DNA of 64,000 nucleotides from Hypanus sabinus (taxonomy: Eukaryota): positions 12,152,001 to 12,216,000 of the forward strand of contig NC_082722.1 in assembly GCF_030144855.1 (NCBI RefSeq). The letters run 5' to 3'. Every line of letters begins with the position of its first letter. Within the stretch, counting starts at the first letter, position 1. Positions 10,817 through 22,092 of this stretch are shown here, piece by piece. The notes below the pieces were generated by a model. It saw only the letters and a program-made list of their open reading frames with translations, was not told the DNA's origin and searched no databases. The position numbers and the translations under genes are program-made.

Positions 10817-13800
10817 GTATTTGTACATTATTTCAAGTGCTAGAATATCCAGAACAATGGTTAACTCAACTCAGTAGAATTTATTGTTTTAACATGTGAT
10901 TGAGAGTCGAAGCAGACTGAATGGGACAAATTGCCTAATTCAGCTCCTATGTCTCATGGTCTTACGGTCTTATATACTTCCTACTTTCCATTCCGGCACG
11001 CGTTCTGAAATGTTTGATGCCGCGTTAAATACAACTAACCAATTTCAACGTATTTTAACAGCTGCTGAAGAAGCTTCGATTACCGTGACACAGATGCCAG
11101 AGCGACAGATTATATGGATGGGACGAAGCATCATTTTCCTTTGCATAATCCCTCTTACGTATGACCAGTCAAGAATTGAAGTTCGTTGGCGGAAGCAGGG
11201 GGAGAATGAATATCTACGAAATGAAGTTACTGGCAGGAAGAGATTAGTCAGCAAAAATAAAGGAGGGGGTTATTTTGAATTGCTGAACGCGACTATCCAG
11301 GATTCGGGAATCTATCAGTGCGTAGTCATGCGTGACGGAGAAGGAGAAGGATCAGATCTGAAAGTGTACGGTGAGTGGCATGCGTGAGCAGGAATATCTG
11401 AAATTATTATATAACGTTACCATATCACTTTGAGATTTCTGAAAATATAAGGACCTACCCAAATTATGTTAACTCTGCCAAATGCATTATCTAAAGCTCC
11501 GTTTACTACCTTGTTTTACAATTCGATTTTATTATCCAGAAAAAAATGGACATGTTAGAATAACAGCAGATATTCTGTATTTCAAACCAAGCAAAACTAT
11601 CTTCTGATTAGTGTTACACCTCACAAACTGAAGCGCAAGCCTACATAAATCCGAATCAATGTCGGCTTCTTGCGCCCCATTGTGCGAGCTAACCAATATC
11701 ATTAATTCATCTATTTGTCGCTTGAGAAGACATGCAGATTTACTGATAAAAACACAGTCCTACAGTGGATGTCTTTATTCGCTCACATTCTGTTTAATTT
11801 CCTCCCCTCAAAATGTTTTCTTTTACACTTTGTACCCCACAGCTGCTCCAACTCCATTGACGCTTTCATCCAGGGCACTCAGGAACTCATCTGCGACTTT
11901 GGTACTTGTGTGTGAAACGGCTGAGTTTTACCCGAGAGAATTAAATATTACGTGGTATAAAAACGGTGCTCCAGCGACATCAGATATAAATACCCTTAAA
12001 CAAGAAAATACTGAAGGGTTGTTTAAAGTTTCCAGTTTCTTGCAAGTAAAACAGTCAGAGGTGAACGGGACTGTTTACATATGTTTGGTACAACATATCT
12101 CGCTAAGGACTCCTGCAATTGCTATCTACCCCGTTCCCAATTCTTACCGAGGTACGAAATGAATGGTCAATTAAATTTTCTGACTTGCAGTTGAATTCTA
12201 ATTTTTTGGTGGTAATGATGTTAGGCGATGAAGTCAATATACAATGCAATATCCCCTAGTTCTAATTTTCCAGAAATAGTCGGCTAATTCAGGCAGCTTT
12301 CAGTGTGTGAGTATAAGGTGGAGTGATGAGTTTTTGCTAAGCAATCAGCTTGTGCCTCCTAAAGAATATTAAGGTCTTAAGTCCCCGAGCTGTTATGTGC
12401 TGGAATATAGAAATAGATGTGTTAGTAGCTACTTTCACTGGACACTATACTGTTACTGTTCTAGAATATAGAAAGAGCTGTTTTAATTGCTATTTTGAGA
12501 CAAGCATTAGTGATCTCCTGTATTTCCTCAATGATTCAGAATATGCTTCCCCAGTGCAGTAGTTCATAAATATAACGTTTATTAGGTACACAGAGCCTTG
12601 CTTCAATGCATAACCAACTGGTAGTTATGCAATATGTATTATTTTATTCAACTCGAGAATATTCCTGAGTCGATAGGGATTATGAAGATTACGAAGCATC
12701 AAATGTTGCTGTAATATAAAGGCGTCAAATAAAATAAACGCTCTAGAGTACGCATATGACTTAGGCCTCATATTATATTATTTTCCGAGAACAAACTGCT
12801 TATATACTCTGGACTCACGAAAAAAAGTCTATTGTTGATTGTCTTTGCGTTGTCATCTCACGCCACTTTATGTAGTTTCTTAAAAATAAAATTCATTTGA
12901 ATCAAGAAATAATTCCGAAACCTAATCTTTGTAACATGTTTACAAAGCAAAATCACTGCCTACCTTTCTAATATTGCAGGGCTCTTTAGCAAATTTATCA
13001 ACATCTGGAGTTCTCGATGCGCAGTTGGTGGAATAGTCATTTTCATACTACTAATTATCGCTGGCAAGAAGTGCATTTCCATGAACAAACGTATGTGCTA
13101 TACTTATTGTCTATTTCCAAGGTAATACCGTGAGTAAATAATAAATTTTATTTTCATTGTAGTGAGGTGATGCAACTTCACACGAACAGAAATAATTCCA
13201 GAACGAAAGCAATTCCATATTTATAATGTAAATCATTTACTGGTCGTGTTCAAGAGAAAGATCGAGTGTGATATGGAATTAATTAAATCTAATTAATTAA
13301 TCTGATTTCTAAACTCCACGTCTCAATTTCCGTTTCTGAGTACAATGATATCTATGTCCATTCTAGAGGTAATGATAGAGGTAACAACGGAGACAGTTCC
13401 TGTGTTCACAAATGTGGAAATGTCACAGGACAAAAAAATTGTACAGAATTAAAGATATTTTCAACCAACTGAGACTGTGTATTCTTCTCAATGCATATCT
13501 CGCCTGTTTCTTCAGGAAATGCAGACGATTATCCCTATGTAAAATTATGTTCTCAGTAAGGCTTTTTTTTTCTTCACTTTGTTTTTAAAGTTATCTTTTT
13601 CTTATATCTGCAAGAATCTTCTAGCACCACGTTGAGAATTAAGATCCTGCTTCTTTATAATCAATGATAATGCCAGTCACATACTGTGCCTGGATTTATA
13701 ACTTGTACATGACAATAGCAAAATCCATTTCTGGACTACCAAGTATAATATGTTTCTTTCAAATTACTACTATAAATATTCTGATGCCGGTGAAGAATAC

Positions 13801-15389
13801 AATAACTGTGAAACTCGATTTTTTTATGAAACGCAAAAAGTCACGTTAAAGTCTACTTGAGATATCATTCTGGCGTTTTTTACTTACTTTGGAGTAAGCA
13901 TAATTCCAAGCATTAGTAAATTAATATACATATTCAGGAACTGAACAAGTTGTCTACTAAACATTGGAACTAAAACTACTTTGTAAATATTGCATTTGTA
14001 AGTGGTACTTAGCTTCTGAAAATGAATTACTATCTTTTTTATACTTTGATATTTGTACCTTGTGCATTCCTTTTCTATTATATTGTAAATTAGGTGACTG
14101 TTTTCCGATCCGTAAGTCAGGTTTATTTGTAATCCATCTTTTTCATTCCAACACAGTCTATTCCTGTGTGCTGACAATATCAGAACCCAAGAGCGGAGGA
14201 AAGACAGATCCATTAAAAAGCCGAGGACAGAAGTTTATTCATAAGAATTCAATAGAACATCGGTGGCTTGGCCGACCGAACCTGCGAGACACAATCATAA
14301 TGAGCTCATCATGTCTGTATCATGTGCCGGAGAGCCTTAAGCTCCCAGGTTTCGGAAGCATCTAAATTTGTTAATTGTGTTTTAACGAGAGTCGTTAATC
14401 CCTGGTGTGTTCTCTTTAAACCTGTTAAATTCATTTTGACTGACACGGCATTTCAGGATTCTGTGATTATCCATGCAAATACTTTATTCGCTCTTCTCGT
14501 GGGGGGGGGGGGGGGGCTAGCTTTGAGAATGTTTCATTTCACGCTGTCGCTGGGCTGAAACACCACTGTTATGTTGGAACTTGTATTGATACACCCTGGT
14601 TGCCGTCGACCAACGGTAGTCTAATTTTCCTCCGCACTTGCGTACGGTCATTGCCAGTGCATATGCTGACAGCAACATTCCGAAAACAGGAACACCACGA
14701 TTAGCGCTATTCGGGCGTCCACCTAAATAACACAAGTAACACGGAATCCCCGAGCCTATAAAAAATAACCTTAATAAGTTTAAACAGAAAGCAGCCATTG
14801 CGAAGAGTGATTCGTTCGAGAAAAGATACTCGTGAAACTCTACACGATTGACAACAATTAACCAATTCAGGTAATCTTACCAACCTCGGAGCCCAACACT
14901 TTCTGGTTCCCAAACACAAGCGGGAAAAGTTCATTACAATTCTTACTCCAGCAACAGTCCTGTGTTTTCTCTCTGTATGAAATCTAATATTTTTATATCG
15001 TTAAAGAGGAGAATGGACGGCAATCATGTATCACAGTTGCGTAGTTCGTTCTTTCTTCTGACCTTCATTGAATCTGATATTCACACATTGAATTTTCTCG
15101 ATGCTGTGGACGGATGTTTTCATCAAAGACTCTGTAAAAGTCTTAACAGCTCGTCGCCACTCTTAATATCTATACTGTTCATTGTAAGAAACAGCCATTT
15201 CAAGTAATTGCGGCCCTCAGTACTTTTCCGTGTTCAGTTCCATTTCTCATAACATTCCCCACATGTAAGTATAATGTCATGCCCTGTTTGAATCGGTCAT
15301 TCGTGGATGTGGAATAAGAATTTAAAATATGAGATATAAACAAATGCCATTTATTTCTAGGTAAGCACGGAGATACTGATACTGCATGA
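10762..15389 (+). CDS. Gene A: VJ-C1 Ig-superfamily type I receptor (SIRP/NKp30-like), predicted activating form, 270 aa; join(10762-10816,11062-11370,11843-12151,12980-13090,15361-15389)
   Basis: All five exons have GT-AG sites and compatible phase-1 junctions; 813 nt total, open to TGA at 15387-15389; signal peptide, V, C1, TM with Arg, short tail ending RKHGDTDTA with no Tyr. Confidence 0.8.
11062..11370 (+). CDS. Gene A exon 2, VJ-type Ig V domain
   Basis: Acceptor TTTTAACAG, donor G|GTGAGT; canonical Cys, Trp, DSGIYQC and J-like GEGSDLKV. Confidence 0.93.
11843..12151 (+). CDS. Gene A exon 3, Ig C1-set domain
   Basis: Acceptor CCCCACAG, donor GAG|GTACGA; motifs [21 protein letters not shown] and YICLVQH. 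Confidence 0.93.
12980..13090 (+). CDS. Gene A exon 4, transmembrane exon with Arg ([37 protein letters not shown])
   Basis: Acceptor ATTGCAG, donor C|GTATGT, 111 nt, phase 1-1; homologous to 40959-41069. Confidence 0.88.
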
Positions 15390-15396
15390 AGATTTG
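15361..15396 (+). CDS. Gene A exon 5, cytoplasmic mini-exon with 5-nt deletion and stop (RKHGDTDTA*)
   Basis: Identical to gene B exon 42247-42287 except for loss of CGACC, which creates TGA at 15387-15389. Confidence 0.75.
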
Positions 15397-15422
15397 GTAC
15401 GTGTGTGTATGTTTTTTCCGAA

Positions 15423-18400
15423 GTGATAAGGCGTAGTCCACGACTTCTCGATTCCAAGCATGCTCAGTAACTCATGTATGAGTCTACTCTCGAAATCCCT
15501 TCCCTGATCGCTATGTATCTGCCCAGGGAGGTCATAATAAACTAAATACTTCTCCCATAACATTTTGGCCACAGTGGACGCCCTCTTACCCTTAGTACGG
15601 AAGGTTTGCGCAATTCTGGTGCAGTAATCCTTAATAGCCAAGACTTTCGCCATGTTCCTAGTATCAGGCTCTGTTGATAAGAAATCCATATACACCACAT
15701 CAAGTAGCCTCGCACTCTGCAAGTGGGATAACCGAGTGGCCCTCATAGGCAGCGTCATTCTCCATATGCATCGAATGCACGACTGGCAGTATTCTTTGAT
15801 CGCCGGCTGGAACCGATCTCTAAACAATCCATCGGACTTGTCAGCCCACACATGGCCAGAATCATCATGAAGTCATCATGTGAGTTTAATACAATCCTCC
15901 GATACAATCCTCAGGCAGAATCAGCTGGTAACTCAGAGGCCGGTCTGGAGGCGACATAGCCTGGTACAGAATCTGGTTCCTCAACTCAAAACTGGGCCAT
16001 TCTCTTAGTAGTGGAGAGGCCGCAGTGAGTTTCATTGCGTCTGCTTGGGCCATGTCCCATTTCGCAACAGCTGACTAAACAGTACCACGGACAACTCATG
16101 TCTTTAAACGGCAGCCACTTCCCAACTGGTTTACCATCAGAGCAGTCAGGTTGCAGTAAGCTTGTAGAATGAGTCAGAAGCTCCCAAATTATCTACCGTT
16201 CGATTTGCCTTTGGACTTCCTTGACTTGCCCGTGGTGGAAAACTGACACAAAACTTTGACACCAGGGGCAGGAGCGCTCTCGCACTCTACGTCACTGTCC
16301 AACCCTTCATCCGCACGTTGGGACAACGCATCGGCATCAATGATCCGACCTCCCGGCAGGCATTTCAGGCTGAAATCATAGGCAGACAACGCCACCAACC
16401 ATTGATGGTCTGTGGCATCCAGTTTCACAGAGGTCAGGCTATAGGTTAGTGGACTGCTGTTCACCCTCCCCTCGAACTTGGCACCTACCTTATCCACCAC
16501 AGCGCATTTCAATGCCAGGAACTCCAATTTGTGCACAGGGTAGTTTCGATCTGAGGGTGACAGACTCCGGCTGACAAACGCGACAGATCACAACCATATG
16601 TCTTGACGCTGATTCAGAATACCCACTCAGCCCTCTCTGCTGGCATCTGTGTGCAGTAAAAGCCAGCAAAGTCGTTTTCGGCAGTAGCTCCGTCAGCAAC
16701 AGAATGACCTCTTTACATTTCGCATCCCATTCTTCCCCAAGGAAGAATAGTCCTTCACGAACCTCCGACAGTAACCACAGAATCCAAGGAGCGAGCACAA
16801 GGCTCTCACACTCTGGACCCTTGGCCATATGGTCAAGCGGATTTATCTTAAGCGGATTTTTAGCTACTCCATATCGTGAGACTATGTGCCCAACGTAATT
16901 GACAGACATCTTGCAGATGGCACTTGTCCAGGAAAAGTTTTAACCCTTCAGCTTTCAGGCGGCCCAGCACCTTCAGTAGCTTCGCGTCATGTTCCTTCAA
17001 GGTGGACCCGAACACAATGAGATCATCCTAGTACACCAAAACCTCAAGCAAGTTCATATCCCTCACCGTTTTCTCCATGACACGCTGAGAAGTCGCCGGC
17101 CTTCCCGATATGCAATGGGGTATCCTTTCAAACTGGAAGAATCCCAGTGAACGCACGGATTCTCTTTGCAGCCTCACTGATACGGATCTGATAATACCCA
17201 CTCATCAAGTCCAGCACACTGAACCACTTCGCACCACTCAGGCAGGCCAGCGGGTGTTCGATTCTCGGGTCCGTATAAAGGTCGGGGACTCTACAGCTGT
17301 TTAGGGTCCGATCGTTCTCACATACGCACCTTTCTATTATTCTTCCTGGCCACTACTGTTGGGGATGTATGGAGGCTTCTGGAATCATTGATGTTCTCAG
17401 CTTCCTTCCACTTTCGTAGATGCTGCTGAACATCCTCTGCCTCTGCAGGTGCCAGTCGCCATGACCTTTCTCTGAACAGGGTATCATCTGTAACCCGGAT
17501 GGAGTGGAACAACCCACAGTAAAATCGTCAGTAGAAAAGGCATCTTCCTGCTTCAACATCTTCTCTATCAACCTCGTCTTCCAACCTCCAGGTACCGGGA
17601 AGTCCCCAAAGATGAAAAACTATTCGCTCATCTGTCTCCGAAAACTCCAGCTTCAATGACAAGTAACGATCATAAGGATAGTAATCCGTACTAAGACCCT
17701 ACATCTCTAGTGCACTGAGTGGTGTCGATAGTAAATGCGTCAAATATATGCTGCAAAACGAAGAGTAGAGCAGAGTAACCTGAGAGCGGTGCCACATATG
17801 ATTCTCGCATTAAAACTCTCAATCCGTTGTAATACATGGCCCCACTAAGCCTTCAGGAAAGGGTTTTTGCTTTAGGGTGTTCCTTGATATATTGCTGGGA
17901 ACGTGTTCCCCCCGAGACATTAGGCCGTTCCCTCATTGGGTCTCTCCGTTCGGTACCTGGGAGCTCACTCTCCGAGTGTTTTCCCGTCCATCAGACTCCT
18001 GCCTGAACTATCCCTCTTCACCACAGTTATAACAGACAATACCGGTTGCTCTTCTTCTCGCAGGACCCTGTTCACTTGCAGCCCTCTGCTTAGTCCGTCA
18101 CCTCAGTGAGTCCGACTCCCTGTCGGTTTTATCGTGCGGTGTGGCCACACCCGCCAGTAAAAACGTCTCAGTCCGAAACTTCGCCGTAAGCTGCTTTACC
18201 CTTTCTTAGCCTGGGCTATCAGTGGTCACTTCAGCCAAGAGGCTACTACCGAAGGCTGTATCCTGCTGACAGAGGACTCACGCGCCGCCGTCACGTTCTC
18301 CTCATTCTAATCGTTCTCTGGTCAGTTCGCCAATCGAGGGAACGGGAGCATCTTATGAGACATTTGGAGACTCCAAGCGATCAAGACCTATGACTGAGCG

Positions 18401-18440
18401 CCTTTCGCCACTTGGCCCATTCTTAACTGACTCACCTCGG
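15423..18440 (-). mobile_element. Gypsy LTR retrotransposon, degenerate gag C-terminus and pol, truncated inside integrase
   Basis: Integrase VYMDFLS..IHSDQGRDFES..TTPYH; RNase H HKLEFLALK; RT fragments 16490-17512; zinc-knuckle remnant CYNCGEEG near 18020-18045. Confidence 0.9.
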
Positions 18441-18479
18441 CCATTCAAATGTCCCCCCCCCCACACACACCATCACCAC

Positions 18480-20625
18480 AATTATGGAGCAGGATAGGAC
18501 TGGACCCAGGGATGAGATTTTTAATTGGAGAAAGGTTCACTTTGAGGAGATGTGAAAAGATTTAGAAGGAGTGGATCGGGACAATTTGTTTTATGGGAAG
18601 GATGTAATTGAGAAATGGAGGTCATATAAAAATAAAATTTTGAGGGTACAGAATCTTTATCTTTCTGTTAGGTTGAAAGGAAAGGTTATAAGTTTGAGAG
18701 AGCCATGGTTTTCAATGGATATTGGAAATTTGGTTCAGAAAAAGAGAGAGATCTACAATAAATATAGGCAGCATGGAGAAAATGAGGTGCTCCAGGAATC
18801 TTAAGAAAGAAATTAGAAAAACTAAAAGAAGATACGAGGTTGCTTTGGCAAGTAAGGTGAAAATAAATCCAAAGGGCTTCTACAGTTATATTAATAGCAA
18901 AAGGATACTGAGGGATAAAATTGGTCCTTAGAGAATCAGAGTGGACAGCTATGTGTGGAGCCAAAAGAGATAGGGGAGATTTTGAACAATTTCTTTTATT
19001 CAGTATTAACTATTAAGAAGTATATTGAATTGTGAAGGTAAGGGAAACAAGTAGGGAAGTTATGGAAACTATGACGATTAAAGAGGAGGAGGTACTGGCG
19101 CTTTTAAGGAATATAAACGTGGATAAATCTCCAGGACCTGACAGGATATTCCCTAGGACCCAGAGGGAAGTTAGTGTAGAAATAGCAGAGGCTCTGACAG
19201 AAATATTTCAAATGTCATTAGAAACGGTGCCGGTGGACTGGCGTATTGCTCATGTTGTTCCAGTGTTTAAAAAGGGTTCTAAGAGTAAACCTAGCAATTA
19301 TAGACCTTTAGGTTTGACATCAGTGGTGGATAAATTAAGGGAAAGTATTCTTAGAGATGGTGTATATAATTATCTGGATGGGCAGGGCCTGATTAAGAAC
19401 AGTCAACATGGATTTGTGCGTGGAAGGTCATGTTTTACAAACTTTATTGAATATTTTGAAGAGGCGACTAGGAAAGTTGATGACGGTAAAGCAGTGCATA
19501 TTGTCTCTGGACTTCAGTAAGGCCTTTGATAAGGTTCCGCATGGAAGATTAGTTAGGAAGATTCTATCTTTAGGTGTTAATATTGAAGTAGTAAAATGGA
19601 TTCAACAATGGCTGGATGTGAGATGCCAGAGAGTATGACGTTGTGGGTAATGAAGTATGTTTTAACCTTTTAACATATAACATATAATTATATAACAATT
19701 AGAGCACGGACACAGGCCATCACGGCCCTTCTAGTCCATGCTGAAGCAAAGCTTGCCCAGCTTTCAAAGCTTGCAGAGAGACTTAGGCCAGTTAGAAGAG
19801 TAAGCTGAAAAATGCAGATGGATTTTAATGCTGATACGTGTGAGGCGCTACATTTTGGTAGGAATAATCAAAATAGGACATACATGGTAAATGATAGGGC
19901 ATTGAAGAATGCTGTAGAACAGAGTGATCTAGGAATAATGGTGCATAGTTCCCTGAAAGTGGAATCTCACGTGGATAGGGTTGTGAAGAGAGCAATTGGT
20001 ATGCTGGCCTTTATAAATCAGAGCATTGAGTATAGGATTTGGGATATGATGTTAAAGTTATACAAGGCATTGGTAAGGCCAAATTTAGAGTATTGTGTAC
20101 AGTTCTGGACACCGAGTTATAAAAAAAGATGTCAACAATATAGAAAGAGTACAGAGAGGATTTGCTAGAATGTTACCTGGGTTTCAGCACCTAAGTTACA
20201 GAGAAAGGTTGAACAAGTTAGGTCTTTATTCTTTGGAACGTAGAAGGTTGAAGGGGTCTTGATAGAGGTATTTAAAATTATGAGAGGGATAGATAGAGTT
20301 GACGTGGATAGGCGTTTTCCATTGAGAGTAGGGGAGATTCAAACAAGAGGACATGAGTTGAGAGATAGTGGGCAAAAGTTTAGGGGTAACACGAGAGGGA
20401 ATTTCTTTACTCAGAGACTGGTAGTTGTGTGGAACGAGCTTCCAGCAGAAGTGGTAGAGGCAGGTTCGATATTGTCATTTAAAGTAAAATTGGATAGGTA
20501 TGTGGACAGGAAAGGAATGGAGGGTTATGGGCTGGCTGGGTGCAGGTGGGTGAGTGTAAGCGTTCGGCACGGACTAGAAGGGCAGAGATGGCCTGTTTCC
20601 GTGCTATAATTGTTATATAGTTATA
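18480..20625 (+). mobile_element. CR1 LINE, 5'-truncated and frameshifted, inserted in Gypsy gag
   Basis: ORF2 fragments ([38 protein letters not shown]); 3' tail GTTATATAGTTATA. Confidence 0.92.
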
Positions 20626-20629
20626 CGCC

Positions 20630-22090
20630 GCAGGCAACTCAGCTGCCTCTGTAGCTGAAAATATATAGGCGGAAAGTTTCACCCCTTTCTCCTGAAACAT
20701 GTTCTAGAACGCCATTATAAGCTCCTTTGGGCTTCTTGGCGCAACAACAGTATTTTCTAGCGCTTGCGTGTAGCCCGTAGAGGTAGCAAAGGTGTCCTGT
20801 GTCATTAGGGATCCAACTATGTCAGCAGCCGGCCGCCTCAAACTGTATACCTGCATCCCATTGTTGTCTTTTACGTCAGCAGGGCACTGCCACTCATCCA
20901 CCATCTGGTAGGACAGTCTCATACCCTTCTTCCCCTTTAGCGGTGGGCTTCATTGCCGGGAACATTCTCGCCTCCGCCAGCTGGGACTTTGAACTTATAT
21001 ATTTTGCCATTTGTTAGCCAGGGAGGTAAGGGTCACTACCAACTCAAAATGCTCACCCCACGCTGGCCGACCCATTAGACCTTTCGCATCATACCGCTCC
21101 TCCCCCTCGCTCTGTAGAAACGAGAGCTACTTGTCTTTACTGTCTCCGGCTCAGCTAAGGGAAACTTGGCTTCCGATTCAGCAGGCTCGCCTACAATCCC
21201 CTTCTCCTGGAAAGTATAAAGAGCCCACGCCCCCTTTCCCCTCTCCCCGGGGCCCCAGTAGTACCAGGCAGTTTCAATGCCGTTACATCAGCGCGAGTCC
21301 GAACTGTAACAAAGTCTTCACCCGCCATTTCGTCAGACATCTGCTGCATGATCGAAACTCTTCCTAACGGTGCTTAAAATCGGAATTAAAAATTCACTTG
21401 GATTACGAATGTAATCAATACACACGCATTCGTAACCAATTACCCCGTGGATTCGCACCACCGCGTAGCCCTGCAGCGTCCATAGCCGTGTATCTTAATC
21501 ACTTTATCGGACAATAGTCTAACACAGGCATAAACACGCAACCCACCGGATCAAATGCAAAGACAATCACACAGCATCCAACAAAATTGATCTGGGACGA
21601 TATCCCCACAAATGAAACCCCGCTGGTTTCCTTGGCTGCGTAAATCCAGGTCCCGCCAAACTCGTGAGATTGAGACGGATCTCCTACCCCAAACCCCGGT
21701 TTATGTGGATGTTGTGCAATTTGCAACCCTGTTACAACTCAGTGACAAGAAACAACAGACAGCACACTGCATCCAATTAAAGGAATTATATTTATGAAAC
21801 TTAGCTAAAGGGTTAGAGAAGAAGAAAAAAAGGAAAAGGGCCCATCATAATTAAACAGTCAAATGTGCACAAGTTGGAGATACTCAATCGATCTCGCCGC
21901 TTGGCTCCGTCGACTCACGGACTTCCCACCGAACGTATCTTACGACCATTTCTCTCCAGCGTCTTCTCTCTTCCTTTCTCGTTCGACAAAAGAATTGGTT
22001 CACATTCCAAACCCTCTGTTATCTCTAACCTTAACCCAAAACATTGCTTTTGCAGAAATACCATTCCATTAGCAGTGAATCTTTTCCGAG
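20630..22090 (-). mobile_element. 5' part of the same Gypsy element: PNMA-like gag N-half, leader and LTR (~21751-22090)
   Basis: Minus-strand ALENTVVAPRSPKELIMAF/NMFQEKGVKLSAY resembles PNMA/Gypsy capsid; LTR-like edge TGTTACAAC at 21751; same orientation as 15423-18440. Confidence 0.65.
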
Positions 22091-22092
22091 GG

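Larger units (their letters stand above)
5770..15415 (+). repeat. Tandem segmental duplication unit A (paralogous to ~23590-42300)
   Basis: Collinear alignment by eye: 5770=23590, 7254=28838, 10290=33998, 12980=40959, 15361=42247; 14 differences in the first 140 bp. Confidence 0.9.

Noticed and set aside
10896-11061. N-terminal extensions of the V and C1 ORFs in the ORF track (also 11659-11842, 34618-34783, 35393-35576)
   Set aside because: They lie upstream of clear splice acceptors and are intronic read-through; the true leaders are separate exons
11062-11400. Rearranging Ig/TCR locus
   Set aside because: The J-like strand is fused within the V exon, no RSS was seen next to it, and gene B has an ITIM tail
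11062-12151. Positive selection between the A and B ectodomains
   Set aside because: 8 nonsynonymous to 3 synonymous changes is close to the neutral expectation, and the counts are too small
13367-13452. Alternative terminal exon after TTCTAG, open as ..TNVEMSQ.. in both genes (B 41326-41390)
   Set aside because: Weak pyrimidine tract, no motif, and the similarity is explained by general intron homology; needs RNA evidence
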